This document shows positions 33,045 to 43,456 of a stretch of DNA of 64,000 nt, piece by piece. Location of the stretch: the sequence record MW812343.1, one strand, 5' to 3'. The notes under the pieces are model-generated. The model was not told where the DNA came from and searched no databases. It worked only from the letters and a program-made list of their open reading frames with translations. The translations under genes were made by a program, and so were the position numbers. The stretch's first letter is position 1; each line of letters starts with the position of its first letter.

Positions 33045-35258
33045 ATGAGCATGCCCGTACAATTAGTCGGCACCCACGCCGACCGTGAGTATTTGATTCG
33101 TAACCAATCGGGTGCGCGTGCGTCGATGGTAGGTGGCCATATGAAATCGGCAGCCCCAATCGATCACCCTACCCCGATGTTCCACTTCACCGGTGCGGAC
33201 TCAAACTACCACGACGTTCTCTTCAACGATATCGTTGAGGATTCAGGTAGCGTTTGTATCTATAATGATAATGGCACACACAAGAGAGCGGTGTTTACCC
33301 GTCACGCCCAGATCGGCAGTGGCTCACCGCTAGAGCATGCAATTTTCTTTCGTCGTAGTGAAACCAGCCCTGGCATGTTGAACAAACCTGTTATGGACGT
33401 CATCGAGATAAACCACTATACCTCGCATGACAATGTCTTCACCTCTGAGAAGCGCATCACCGATAAACTTCGGGCGATTCTGCGTGGTGAAACCACCGTG
33501 TTGGAAAAGGATGAAATCCTGACCGAGATGAACTGTATGATGAACGGGGAATTCGTTGACGGTGTTGCACTGCCAACGGTGACCATGTCGCATTCAGATA
33601 TCATTGAGGATTCTTACACGATCTCAAAAACCGCAGCAGGTCTGATGCATGGCTGGGGCCTTGCAGAAATCTGGAAGAGTGTCCGTGAAGATGAAATGTT
33701 GTTGGATACATACGGCTACGACACCCCCAATGGTCGTGTGCCGCAGTATTTCCCGAATGTGGGACAAGCAATCCGTGATGATGGTTTGGTAATCGCCACG
33801 CGTCAATTCGACCCGTTGTACGCGGCTATCAATGCTTCTATCGGTGAGCTACAGCATGTCTCGCCACACTTTGACCATTGTGAATACGTTGACGCTGATC
33901 CAAAGCACTATGAAAACCCAACGGATGAAAACGGTTCACGGGTGATTGACATTCAGGTGTGGCGTGATGATACCAGCATCAACAATGGCAACAACAACAT
34001 CAAAGCAACTGAAGAGAACAAACGCGTTCTTGACACGTATGCGCTGGCGTTGAAAGACTACTACCGCGAAATCGTTCGCTTCTACTTCCTTGTGAAGGAT
34101 GACGTGGTATGGTCGCCGAAAGCCTGTGAGTTCTTAGAGAAAGCGTTTGCCTCTGAAACTCATGAAGTGTACCAAGAGTTCCGCGACGAGATTCGTGGTG
34201 TGGTAGAAGCAGCGGTACGCCGTGGTGAGTACAAGAAAGACACCATGGAAACCAAAATCATCAACCGCATCAACCGTCCTGTGGAACGTTCACTGCGTGA
34301 CCCTATCAACACGTACACCATTAAAATTGTGGTGCGCTATCCGATCCCGGTTACCGTCTCGTCCAAGATTACGGACTTGTCGGGTACCAAAGGTATCGTT
34401 GGCGAAGTGAAAGAAGACGAAGACATGCCCATCAACGAATTCGGACAACGCGTCCACTCGATTCGTTCGATGAACGCCGTGGTTCGTCGCTCAACGTATT
34501 CTGCACTGTTCCACATGTATTGGTCTGCGGCATCTGAACAGCTCAAGATGCGGTTAAAACCCATGCTGGATGCAGGCAAGGTGAATGAGTCGTGGAATAT
34601 CCTGATGGATTATCTCGCGCGCTACAACCCCGATTGGGCAAACTGTCTGAACGTGACGCACGATACGCATCAGAAACGTCTGGAACTCTTCAAAGAGATT
34701 TACGACTTCACGATTCGTATCTGGCTCCCGCACGAGCTGGACAATACGCCGATTGGTATCACCAAAGCGTTGGGTGAATTTGCACCGAAGAAATCCCGTC
34801 TCCAGATCACCAACTACCAAGGTGAGAAAGAGTGGACGAAGAACGAGTTCTACGTGGGTAATGTCATGACGTTACGTCTTGACAAAACCGGCCGTGAATT
34901 CTCTTCTATCTCTTCGATGCACACGAACTATCTGGGTTGTATTGATGCATCAGGACAAGGGCGTGGGACATATCCCATTAACTACAGTCCGAAGAAATGG
35001 GGTGGTGAAGCAGAGCACCGTCTGACCGATGGCTATGGCCAAGGTCTGTTCGATGAAGCGCACAACCGTTCCAATAACCCAGATGTCCATCGTCAGATTG
35101 TGGAAGGGAAATACGCATCTGATACACCAAGTAATCCGGGTGTGCTGGTTGACCGTGAACGTTATCCATTGGGTGAATCGCAAGTGGATAAAATGATTGA
35201 TAACATACACCGCTGTGAAGGGTTTGTGTTAGTGCGCCCTGTCCGGGAGGAAATTTGA
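33045..35258 (+). CDS. non-virion RNA polymerase beta C-terminal subunit (phiKZ gp71-73-like)
   Basis: RASMVGGHMKSA, IIEDSYTIS, SSKITDLSGTKGIVG match RNAP beta conserved segments; uninterrupted ORF. Confidence 0.9.
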   Translation: MSMPVQLVGTHADREYLIRNQSGARASMVGGHMKSAAPIDHPTPMFHFTGADSNYHDVLFNDIVEDSGSVCIYNDNGTHKRAVFTRHAQIGSGSPLEHAIFFRRSETSPGMLNKPVMDVIEINHYTSHDNVFTSEKRITDKLRAILRGETTVLEKDEILTEMNCMMNGEFVDGVALPTVTMSHSDIIEDSYTISKTAAGLMHGWGLAEIWKSVREDEMLLDTYGYDTPNGRVPQYFPNVGQAIRDDGLVIATRQFDPLYAAINASIGELQHVSPHFDHCEYVDADPKHYENPTDENGSRVIDIQVWRDDTSINNGNNNIKATEENKRVLDTYALALKDYYREIVRFYFLVKDDVVWSPKACEFLEKAFASETHEVYQEFRDEIRGVVEAAVRRGEYKKDTMETKIINRINRPVERSLRDPINTYTIKIVVRYPIPVTVSSKITDLSGTKGIVGEVKEDEDMPINEFGQRVHSIRSMNAVVRRSTYSALFHMYWSAASEQLKMRLKPMLDAGKVNESWNILMDYLARYNPDWANCLNVTHDTHQKRLELFKEIYDFTIRIWLPHELDNTPIGITKALGEFAPKKSRLQITNYQGEKEWTKNEFYVGNVMTLRLDKTGREFSSISSMHTNYLGCIDASGQGRGTYPINYSPKKWGGEAEHRLTDGYGQGLFDEAHNRSNNPDVHRQIVEGKYASDTPSNPGVLVDRERYPLGESQVDKMIDNIHRCEGFVLVRPVREEI

Positions 35259-37357
35259 TGGATGCTCGCCAAGTACACGTACGCGATCTCCGTAACCTGA
35301 ATTCGGATCAGGTATGGCGACTTCGTGGACGTTATGATGTAACGTTTGATGATGGCGTGACTCAACCGATGTCGGGTCGCCACATTAAACTCAGTTGGCC
35401 GTACTGGGGCATCTCTCGATTCTATCCGCAGGTACCGACACCGTCCACGATGTGTTACAAGCGTGGGGGTGAGTGGGCAACGGATGATCGTCATATCGAC
35501 CTGATGTCCGAAGCGGCGGTACTCGCCCGTAAAGCAGGGATTGACTTAGCCGATACCCGTTATCTGCTGAGCCAACACGTCTATGCCGATGCGTTCAACC
35601 TGACAGTGAAGAACTTGCTGTCATACTGTACGACCATCGACATCGATACCATGATGCAGATTTACGACCATCCTGATTATCAGATTATCCACGAGTGGGC
35701 CAAGCTGTACCCAAGTGGTTATGATGAAGAAGGGGTCGATAAGGTTAACGAAGCGTACGAGATTATCGAGCGTATCATTCGTTCACCTGAGCTGGCAGAG
35801 AACCCGGTGGCAATGTCGGTACTCGACAAAACCATCAAGATGGATCAGGTACTCCAAGCCTATGTGCGCGGTAAAACCTCTGAAATCGATTCCCGTGTTT
35901 ATTCGAACCAAGTATGGGAAGGGTTCTTCGGTGGTCTGAACTCGGTTATCAGCCGACTGAAAGAATCGGGTGCAACTTCACGTTCGCATCTGTACAACAC
36001 CGATAAAATTGCGGAAGCCGAATACGGTTCCCGTAAACTCCAGCTCGCTGCAAACGTACTGACCCACTTTACGTTGGACGATTGTGGTACCGAGCACGCG
36101 CATGAACACACGTTCCGCGACACCAAAGAAAGCAAGACGCAATTCGACGCCATGGTCGGGATGCGCTTCCGCTTCAATGGTGAAACCGGTCCGTGGCGTG
36201 TGTTCGAGAAAGGTCACTTCGATGATGTGGTTGAAAAGCCGCTCCTGTTCCGATCTGCCATGACCTGTCGCCACATGGCGAAGCAGGGTATTTGTGCAGT
36301 CTGTATGGGCGACTTGGTATACAACCTGTCAGAGAAAACCTCACCGGGTCACTTGGCCTCAACCTCCATCTCGGAGAAAGGTACACAGGGGATTCTCTCC
36401 ACGAAGCACCTTGACTTCCTGCGTGAACTGTTTACGTTGGTTATCGGGGGTCGCATCAAGAGCTATTTCCGTGGCTATGAGAAAGGGTCGGAGAAAGGTC
36501 TGCGTTTACTCGACAAGCCGGAGTTCGGTACGTGGAGTGAATACTCACTGGTCGTGTCTGAGAAGATGCACTCTGAGCTGAGCCAAGTGGCGTACTACGA
36601 CAACCTCGAAGACATTGACGAAACCTCTCTGCCGGATGTCACAGACGTAACGTTTGTGCGTTTGAATGCAGACGGTGAGCCGTGTGGCGGGGAATCACTG
36701 GATGTCCGTATGGGCGTCTGCGGGAACTTCTCGAAAGCGTTCTTGTCGTACTTCCTGAAAGTGCGTGACGAGATTCAGTTTATCCGCAAAGGTGAGATTC
36801 GCATTCCAATGAGTGGCTGGAAACCAAAAGCGCCGTTCCTCATCTACACCAACCGTTCTGAATCGATGGCAGAGTTCGTGGCAGGTCTTGAGACCAAGCT
36901 GCGTTCTGTGGCAGCCGACAAGAACGAAGCACCGATGGATTTCACCACCGATGCGACAGTGAAGATGAGCAAAGATGGTAAAGTGAAAACGCTTACACTG
37001 GTGGAGATGGGTGGGTCCACCGAACGTCAATGTACCTTTGCGATGTTCGATACCTTCCGCTACATTAACCGTAAGCTGAAAGGGATTCCGATGACACACA
37101 TCGGCATCATGCTTGCCATTTCTCGTGTGGAAAGTCCGCTTAATCCGTTCCCGGCAGTCGGTTTTGATAACGAAACTGCCATTGATGGTATGGGTAAACG
37201 GTTCTTAGACCACAATACGCTGATTGCGATTCGTAGTGCGGCCCCGATGTTGTTCTTCCAAGGCCAGCAAGACAATCTCAACCGCGTAGGGTTTTATACC
37301 ACACGTAAGATTCCGGCGTCGTTGTATGACGGGTCATTCAAAACACGGTTGCATTAA
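35258..37357 (+). CDS. non-virion RNA polymerase beta' C-terminal subunit (phiKZ gp74-like)
   Basis: DDCGT, TCRH..GICAVCMG Zn site, GHLASTSISEKGTQGILSTKH trigger-loop region. Confidence 0.92.
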   Translation: MDARQVHVRDLRNLNSDQVWRLRGRYDVTFDDGVTQPMSGRHIKLSWPYWGISRFYPQVPTPSTMCYKRGGEWATDDRHIDLMSEAAVLARKAGIDLADTRYLLSQHVYADAFNLTVKNLLSYCTTIDIDTMMQIYDHPDYQIIHEWAKLYPSGYDEEGVDKVNEAYEIIERIIRSPELAENPVAMSVLDKTIKMDQVLQAYVRGKTSEIDSRVYSNQVWEGFFGGLNSVISRLKESGATSRSHLYNTDKIAEAEYGSRKLQLAANVLTHFTLDDCGTEHAHEHTFRDTKESKTQFDAMVGMRFRFNGETGPWRVFEKGHFDDVVEKPLLFRSAMTCRHMAKQGICAVCMGDLVYNLSEKTSPGHLASTSISEKGTQGILSTKHLDFLRELFTLVIGGRIKSYFRGYEKGSEKGLRLLDKPEFGTWSEYSLVVSEKMHSELSQVAYYDNLEDIDETSLPDVTDVTFVRLNADGEPCGGESLDVRMGVCGNFSKAFLSYFLKVRDEIQFIRKGEIRIPMSGWKPKAPFLIYTNRSESMAEFVAGLETKLRSVAADKNEAPMDFTTDATVKMSKDGKVKTLTLVEMGGSTERQCTFAMFDTFRYINRKLKGIPMTHIGIMLAISRVESPLNPFPAVGFDNETAIDGMGKRFLDHNTLIAIRSAAPMLFFQGQQDNLNRVGFYTTRKIPASLYDGSFKTRLH

Positions 37358-37360
37358 TAC

Positions 37361-37386
37361 AGAGGGGCATCTGCCCCTCTTTTTTT
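37361..37386 (+). terminator. terminator
   Basis: AGAGGGGCA/TGCCCCTCT plus T-run. Confidence 0.7.
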
Positions 37387-37398
37387 GTAGAGGGGTTT

Positions 37399-39102
37399 AT
37401 GCAGCAGATTAACATCACGCACACCACCATGGGGGTGCGAATTGAAGTTCCTATCCGACCGGTCGAGATAGCTATTAAGACGTGGGCGGAACGGAATCTG
37501 CACGCCCCGAAGATGGGAAAAGAGCGCGGCAAGATTACCGTGGAACAAGGTGACGGTTACTACGCCCACATGGAAGGCGCACGTAGCTTTATCTTCCACA
37601 AAGCCCATTTGGAGGAAATCCTCTCTATCATCAAGAACGCCATCATTGAGTACCGACTGGATGCAGAAGTGAAGCACCACAAGGTCGAGCGTTCTGAACC
37701 GTATCGTTGTACGTTTGAAAACTTCGGCACACCCATGATTGTGGATGATCCCGAGTCCCGCTTCTATTATCAGAATGAAGTGGTGGAGAAAGCACTCGAT
37801 CCCGATCGGATGCAGACCATCTTCGCCATTGATACGGGCAGGGGTAAGACTAAATCCCTCATGAAGGTGATGGTGAAGAAGCAGGTACGTACATCCCTCA
37901 TCATGCGTCCGACGTATGTGGATAAGTGGATTTCGGATATCTGCGATGATCCGACCGGCCTGCGTATCGACCGTGACAAAGTCTTGGTCTGCCGTGGGGT
38001 GCAAGGGATTATTGAAGCGTACGAGATGGGACTCAGTGGGGAATTAGACCGTCGGGATATCCGGGCGATTATCTTCCCAACCGTTTCTCTTCAGTTGTTT
38101 CTGAAAGAGTACATCAATACCGGCCACTCGATGGGGATTGACATCGAACGCTTTTATGATGTGCTGGGTGTGGGCCTGATCGGTATGGATGAGGTGCACG
38201 AACATTTCTATCTGGTGTACTTAGCAGGGATTATCTTGAACCCCTGTGCTGCCGTTGAAATGTCAGCGACGCTTGAACCGGGTGCTGCGAAGACCTTCAT
38301 CATCTCGCGTTATCTGGAACGCTTCCCAATGGACTTACGTCTGTCGGTTGAGCGTATCAAGGTGGTGGACATCCGTGCGTTCTATTACACACTGGATGAC
38401 AAAAAGATGGCGTGGTGGGCGACGAAGATGTCCCCGTATAACCACAAGTTGTTCGAAGGTAAGTTGATTCGGGAAGGTTTCCATGTTTCGTATTGCGAGA
38501 TGTGGTGGAATCTGATCGAGAAGGTGTTCCTGTCCAATTACCAACCGGGACAGAAAATCATCATCTTGTTCTCAACCGTTGACATGTGTGAGTTCTTCAC
38601 ACAGTTCTTGCATCAGAAGCTGGCAGGAACAGAGTTTAACGAGTTGATGGTGGCGAAGTATAACGGTGGCGATTCGTATGATGACTTCATCATGGCGGAG
38701 TTCGGTGTCTCAACACCTAACAAAGCCGGTACCGCGATAGACAAGCCGGGTATGGTCCACATGATTGTGACAGTGCCAGTAGATGACCAACAGCTGAACT
38801 TACAGATTGCCGGACGTCCGCGTCCTGTGCGTGAAGTGTTTGGTTGGGACATGAACCCGATTGTGTGGTTCGGGCATTGCATGAACATTGCTAAACACGG
38901 TACGTACCTGAATTCACGTATGCGTTCGCTGCGTGACACGGTATTGTCTTTCAAAGTTGCGACTTCCCCTTATGTTGTAAGGAAAACGTATGATAATGCC
39001 CCCAGTTCCAGCCGCCCCAACAGCCCCTTACGCCGGATTGACGTTGGCAGACTTTCTCGTAAAGGTGCTAAGGGCCTATCCCGGCGCAGAAGACGCCGCT
39101 AA
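37399..39102 (+). CDS. superfamily 2 (DEAD/DEAH-like) helicase (phiKZ gp75-like)
   Basis: DTGRGKT, MDEVHE, MSAT, STPNKAGTAID, QIAGRPR. Confidence 0.92.
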   Translation: MQQINITHTTMGVRIEVPIRPVEIAIKTWAERNLHAPKMGKERGKITVEQGDGYYAHMEGARSFIFHKAHLEEILSIIKNAIIEYRLDAEVKHHKVERSEPYRCTFENFGTPMIVDDPESRFYYQNEVVEKALDPDRMQTIFAIDTGRGKTKSLMKVMVKKQVRTSLIMRPTYVDKWISDICDDPTGLRIDRDKVLVCRGVQGIIEAYEMGLSGELDRRDIRAIIFPTVSLQLFLKEYINTGHSMGIDIERFYDVLGVGLIGMDEVHEHFYLVYLAGIILNPCAAVEMSATLEPGAAKTFIISRYLERFPMDLRLSVERIKVVDIRAFYYTLDDKKMAWWATKMSPYNHKLFEGKLIREGFHVSYCEMWWNLIEKVFLSNYQPGQKIIILFSTVDMCEFFTQFLHQKLAGTEFNELMVAKYNGGDSYDDFIMAEFGVSTPNKAGTAIDKPGMVHMIVTVPVDDQQLNLQIAGRPRPVREVFGWDMNPIVWFGHCMNIAKHGTYLNSRMRSLRDTVLSFKVATSPYVVRKTYDNAPSSSRPNSPLRRIDVGRLSRKGAKGLSRRRRRR

Positions 39103-39370
39103 GGCGTTGTGTCAGGACCCGGTGATAAACCGGGCCTTTCACTATTACACGATTACGGAACACTTCACGTCCTGCTTTATCTTGCAGCGTGGGTTAACGT
39201 ACTTCATCACTCGTACGTCCAGTATCCGTGGTACCGCGGCGTACGAGCTTTATTCTTACGAACTGTGGAATAACAACCCCGCAGGGAACACCGATGAAAA
39301 CCCGAAAGTGGCCTATCGCCTCTTCTCGGATAAATGGCATGATTGGGTGACGGTACCACACAACGGTTAA
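38990..39370 (+). CDS. hypothetical protein
   Basis: AAGGA RBS; overlaps the low-complexity helicase tail by 113 nt. Confidence 0.65.
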   Translation: MIMPPVPAAPTAPYAGLTLADFLVKVLRAYPGAEDAAKALCQDPVINRAFHYYTITEHFTSCFILQRGLTYFITRTSSIRGTAAYELYSYELWNNNPAGNTDENPKVAYRLFSDKWHDWVTVPHNG

Positions 39371-39425
39371 TTACAGCGTTAGTGTATAATGTGTAGAGTC
39401 ACTTTCATTACAAAAGGAATATCCG

Positions 39426-40040
39426 ATGTCTCGTCGTAAAAAGCAGCCTGGTTTTAGCCCGCGTGAAGCAGCACGCGAACGTGTCCGTAGCATCATGCGC
39501 GGCATGAACACGACCGAGAACGTTTTCCTCGGTCATTCAAAGACCCACGCCGAGAAAATCGACCGTGAGTTTGAGCGAATCAATGCGCTGATGGGTGAAG
39601 ACCTGAAAGCGTATCTGACCGAATGGTTAAAAAGTTCTCAGGCTGCCTTCTTGGGTGCCATGCAGGATTTCAAAACGCGCCTGTTCGCAGTGCGTACTGA
39701 TGCCGATGCAAAGGCAACCAAACTGATGGATGTCATTGACGGCCACAAGTGGGCCGAAATCAAAGATGTCGTGTCAGTGGCGGAAATCGAGCTTTCGGAC
39801 TTTGACATTCAAATTGACATGATAGCACAGGAAACCCTGCTGGCTATCGTGGAAGCCGGTGCGGCTTACGAGCAGCGCCGTGAATGTGTCCGTGTGGGTC
39901 TGCACAACAACTGGACCCATGAAGCGATTCTGACCAAACTGCGCGAGCTGGATGCCCAAGCTGCCGAAGCTGCATTAAAAGCGGTAGAAGCAGAAGCAGC
40001 TGAACCCGAAGCAGAGCAAGAGGTAACTGCGAATGTCTAA
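39426..40040 (+). CDS. hypothetical coiled-coil protein
   Basis: 204 aa, AAAGGAA RBS, upstream AATTACA motif. Confidence 0.85.
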   Translation: MSRRKKQPGFSPREAARERVRSIMRGMNTTENVFLGHSKTHAEKIDREFERINALMGEDLKAYLTEWLKSSQAAFLGAMQDFKTRLFAVRTDADAKATKLMDVIDGHKWAEIKDVVSVAEIELSDFDIQIDMIAQETLLAIVEAGAAYEQRRECVRVGLHNNWTHEAILTKLRELDAQAAEAALKAVEAEAAEPEAEQEVTANV

Positions 40041-42135
40041 CGATCCGCGTCCGTCGTTCGGTGCTCCCGAACCGGAAACGGCTGAGGTCAAACTTCCTTC
40101 ACGCGAAACCCTGATGGGCAAAGGCGTGGAGGAAGTGGCCTTCGAGCTGGTAAAACTCAATCCCACTTTTTCTTTTGCCGAAGCCACTGAGCGGGCGAAA
40201 GGTCTGGTTATCCTGACTGCACCGGTGGAAGACACTCCACCGCCTGTGGTGGACACCGTAGCTGGCGTGCTCGATACGCCGCTTGGTGGTGACCGCGAAG
40301 CGACCCCAGAAGCTCTGGCAGCGCTTAGAAGCACAGAAAATCAATTGGAACAACCGGTCAAACTTGATCTGTCTCCAGTTGTAGAGCAACCGGCCCCAGC
40401 AGTGCAACCGGTTCAGCCGCGTGCTGAGCACATTGCTGAAACACCCGTGGTTGCTCGTGAAGTTCCAGCGCAAAGCCAAGAGTTCCGTTCTTCTACAGAA
40501 CCTGCGGCGATTGCTGATAACTTCTCTGCACCGAAACCTGCGCCGGTAAAAGAAGATGTGATTCCTGCCCCGGCACTGGACGCTGACGATGTGCCAGCGG
40601 ATCGCGATGAGCAGACGCCAAACCTCTCGAAAGAGAAACGTCGTCAAATTGACTTCGGGCCAGAGCCGCATCGCGCTGAAATCGCGACCATGGACCCGGA
40701 AGACCCACATCGTGTGCTGTTGCAAAGCGATGAGCTGATTGGTACCAACCAACCGTTGGCCGGTGAGCAAGAAGTCATGCAGTTCTTTGCCAGCATCCCA
40801 CGTAACCGTGAAGGTCGCCCGATGTTCCGCTCTGCGGCGGAAGAGGAGCGTTATCAGAAGCTCTTTACTGCACTGGAGCTGACTCCGCCGGTCATGATTA
40901 ATAACCGCGCTGCGTTCGACATGGCGCTGGAGCGTGAAGATACGTCATGGCAACAGACTATCAAACTGCCGAACAACAAGTATGTGTCTGCCGTTACTGA
41001 CCGTGGTGCAAATGCGCAGGGTGCACTGGCCTCACTGCGACGTCGTCGCGGTTCCGGTTCACCGGTATCGGTCTGGCTGCCTGCTACGGGTATCTTCGTG
41101 GGCTTCCGTGCGCCGCACGAAAACGACATGTGTGACTTCGATATTCGTATCACGTCAGAGCAGTCGAAAATTGGGATGTTCACGTACGGTCTGCTGTTGG
41201 CCTCGTCTTCGGGCGTGTATCTCCAGCACATGATCGAGCACTCGCTGAACTTTGCCGTTGAAACCTCCTACGATTGTCAGGGTCTGGATCTCAAAACCGC
41301 CCTGATGGATATCGTGGATGTGGATGACTACTGGCTGCTGATCATTGGTCCACTGATGGCGAAGTTCCCTGCGGGTATTCCGTGGAAGCTGCTGTGTCCG
41401 AACCACGAATGTGGTCATGAGCGTGAAGTGCGTCTGAACCTGGCTCGTTGTATCCGTATGGCGGATGGCCTGTTCTCTGACCTGCACCGTTCGCTGTGGC
41501 TGCGTCAACGTGGTAAAGGCCCGGATGCGATTATCGGTAACGAAGAGTACCTTCAATACCGTAAAGAGCTACCGAAAACCAAAGCCGCCCGTTTCCATTA
41601 CGAGCAGCTGGGTGTGACCGTTGAATTCGGACGCTCAACCATCGGCCAGTTCATTGACAACACCAATGCGTGGGTAGAAAAGATCAACACCTCTGCCACG
41701 AACGCACTGGCAAATCATGCGACTGAAACCGAACGTTCGCAGTATATTCGTCTGGCCGCTGAGAACCGCCGCTTGACGCGTTACGCGACCCACGTTAAAG
41801 CCATTACCGTTGAAGAGACGATTAAAGGCGAAGTGGTTGAGACCCGCGAAGAAGACCCAGACCGTATCTTCGAGATGTTAGAAGAACTTTCTTCTGATCG
41901 TCTGTACGTGCTGGCGTTTGAAAACGCGCTGTCAGCTTACAACGAAGAATCGCGTATGGCCGTGTTTGGTTACATGGGTCACGCGTGTCCGAGCTGTAAG
42001 ACCACCGAAGGTGAAGAAGACGGTCCGTTCCGTGGCATTGTTACCATTAGCCCGGACAAGGTTTTTTTCGCGCTATCTCGTGTGGTGTTCGAGATACAGA
42101 GAGTCTACTTACAACAATTCGAAAGTATTGGATAG
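40033..42135 (+). CDS. conserved protein with P/A/E-rich N-terminus and Cys-pair Zn motifs; probable tail-assembly chaperone-like (short form of frameshift pair)
   Basis: 700 aa, CPNHECG and CPSCK motifs; slippery site near the 3' end. Confidence 0.7.
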   Translation: MSNDPRPSFGAPEPETAEVKLPSRETLMGKGVEEVAFELVKLNPTFSFAEATERAKGLVILTAPVEDTPPPVVDTVAGVLDTPLGGDREATPEALAALRSTENQLEQPVKLDLSPVVEQPAPAVQPVQPRAEHIAETPVVAREVPAQSQEFRSSTEPAAIADNFSAPKPAPVKEDVIPAPALDADDVPADRDEQTPNLSKEKRRQIDFGPEPHRAEIATMDPEDPHRVLLQSDELIGTNQPLAGEQEVMQFFASIPRNREGRPMFRSAAEEERYQKLFTALELTPPVMINNRAAFDMALEREDTSWQQTIKLPNNKYVSAVTDRGANAQGALASLRRRRGSGSPVSVWLPATGIFVGFRAPHENDMCDFDIRITSEQSKIGMFTYGLLLASSSGVYLQHMIEHSLNFAVETSYDCQGLDLKTALMDIVDVDDYWLLIIGPLMAKFPAGIPWKLLCPNHECGHEREVRLNLARCIRMADGLFSDLHRSLWLRQRGKGPDAIIGNEEYLQYRKELPKTKAARFHYEQLGVTVEFGRSTIGQFIDNTNAWVEKINTSATNALANHATETERSQYIRLAAENRRLTRYATHVKAITVEETIKGEVVETREEDPDRIFEMLEELSSDRLYVLAFENALSAYNEESRMAVFGYMGHACPSCKTTEGEEDGPFRGIVTISPDKVFFALSRVVFEIQRVYLQQFESIG
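42060..42096 (+). promoter_or_regulatory. putative -1 programmed ribosomal frameshift signal
   Basis: G GTT TTT TTC (contains T TTT TTC heptamer in the 0 frame) followed by TATCTCG/CGAGATA hairpin; the -1 frame opens at 42051. Confidence 0.7.
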
Positions 42136-42542
42136 ACGCCGACGACGTTCCAGCCGAAGCTATCATCACAGCCATGAAGCTGGACACCACCTCGCTGTTC
42201 AAACGGCGAGACAGTCGACCTATCACGTACCAAGAAGCGCATGACGAGCTACTCTCCACGTACGACAGTATTCTCGGGTTAGAGACCGGTGAGAACAACA
42301 TCAGTGTCTCTGACTTCGAGAATCCGATTAACCAGAGCTTGTATGAAATCTGGGCAACCACGTATGTGCGAGAGGGTATCAGGGATCTGTTTGGTTACGA
42401 CCTTGATACTTGGCTTGATAGGCCGCGTTGGAAGTTGATGAAGCATCTGGAAATCGCAAAACGTCGTCGTGCTGAGCTGGACAATGCTAAGAAAGGCGCA
42501 ATCCCGCCAGAACTTGAGAAAGAACTGAAAGGGCGCATCTAA
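42069..42542 (+). CDS. C-terminal extension reached by -1 frameshift (annotated alone as 42174-42542)
   Basis: -1 frame open from 42051 to 42542; no Shine-Dalgarno before ATG 42174. Confidence 0.65.
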   Translation, partial: RAISCGVRDTESLLTTIRKYWIDADDVPAEAIITAMKLDTTSLFKRRDSRPITYQEAHDELLSTYDSILGLETGENNISVSDFENPINQSLYEIWATTYVREGIRDLFGYDLDTWLDRPRWKLMKHLEIAKRRRAELDNAKKGAIPPELEKELKGRI

Positions 42543-42570
42543 GGGAGCTTCGGCTCCCTTATATTTTTTT
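42541..42570 (+). terminator. terminator
   Basis: AAGGGAGC-TTCG-GCTCCCTT plus T-run. Confidence 0.8.
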
Positions 42571-42601
42571 GTTGTTATGAGACCCATTTTAGGAAACCGT
42601 C

Positions 42602-43456
42602 ATGACTGACTTATACGAAGACTATGCCGACACACTCGGTCTGGTGAGACAAGAAGGCCGCCTGGCCCCGGTGTTAGACTTAGTGTCGTTAGCTATCGAG
42701 TATGGTTACGATACGACGCTGATGGACATTTACACCGCGCAGATACCCGACATGAATGAAGAGTGTCTGCGACTGGAAGCGCTCATTAACCGCTGCGCGG
42801 TTGCCTTGGCGCAACGACTGGGTGTGGGGTTAAACCCACAAGTGGCTTACCGCAAGCCCAAAGAGGTGGTGCGTATTATCCACGGCCTGACTTCGGCTTT
42901 TGAAGAGTTCGAAGACACGGACACCCTGTATGGGATTCTGTTGTCGGGTGAACCCCATGCGTACATCCTTGAGAACATGGTGCGTTACGTCTACGGGGAT
43001 AACGACATCCACTTCGAAGACCTTGTCGTGGTCGTTGAGCCACGCGTGATTAACGTGATGCGTAACTTCTTGGCCGCTACGTCCGCAGAACAACAAGATG
43101 TGGGTGTCAACAACCCGCGCACGCAGCGCATCGTACAATTCCTGCGTTACTACCCACAGAACCCATCGGCCTATGTCTTCCTGAACTTGAGTGACACCTC
43201 GGACATTAACAGCGTTATCAGTGCGTTGGATTTCAACGAAGATACCGGTGTGGGTGAGAGTGAGCTGCTTGCCATCTACGCAGTCGGGCTGTCCATCATT
43301 GAGAACGACACCTTCGATAAAGCTTACGGGGCACTCGAAGGAATGTTGGCGCTGATTAACAGCGATGAGGTGCCAGAAGACCTGATCCTGAAAGACGGGT
43401 TAGGGGCACTGAAAGTTATCTACGGGCAAGAGGATGAAACCGATGAACCGGATTGA
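42602..43456 (+). CDS. conserved hypothetical protein
   Basis: 284 aa, TAGGA RBS, upstream TATG. Confidence 0.85.
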   Translation: MTDLYEDYADTLGLVRQEGRLAPVLDLVSLAIEYGYDTTLMDIYTAQIPDMNEECLRLEALINRCAVALAQRLGVGLNPQVAYRKPKEVVRIIHGLTSAFEEFEDTDTLYGILLSGEPHAYILENMVRYVYGDNDIHFEDLVVVVEPRVINVMRNFLAATSAEQQDVGVNNPRTQRIVQFLRYYPQNPSAYVFLNLSDTSDINSVISALDFNEDTGVGESELLAIYAVGLSIIENDTFDKAYGALEGMLALINSDEVPEDLILKDGLGALKVIYGQEDETDEPD

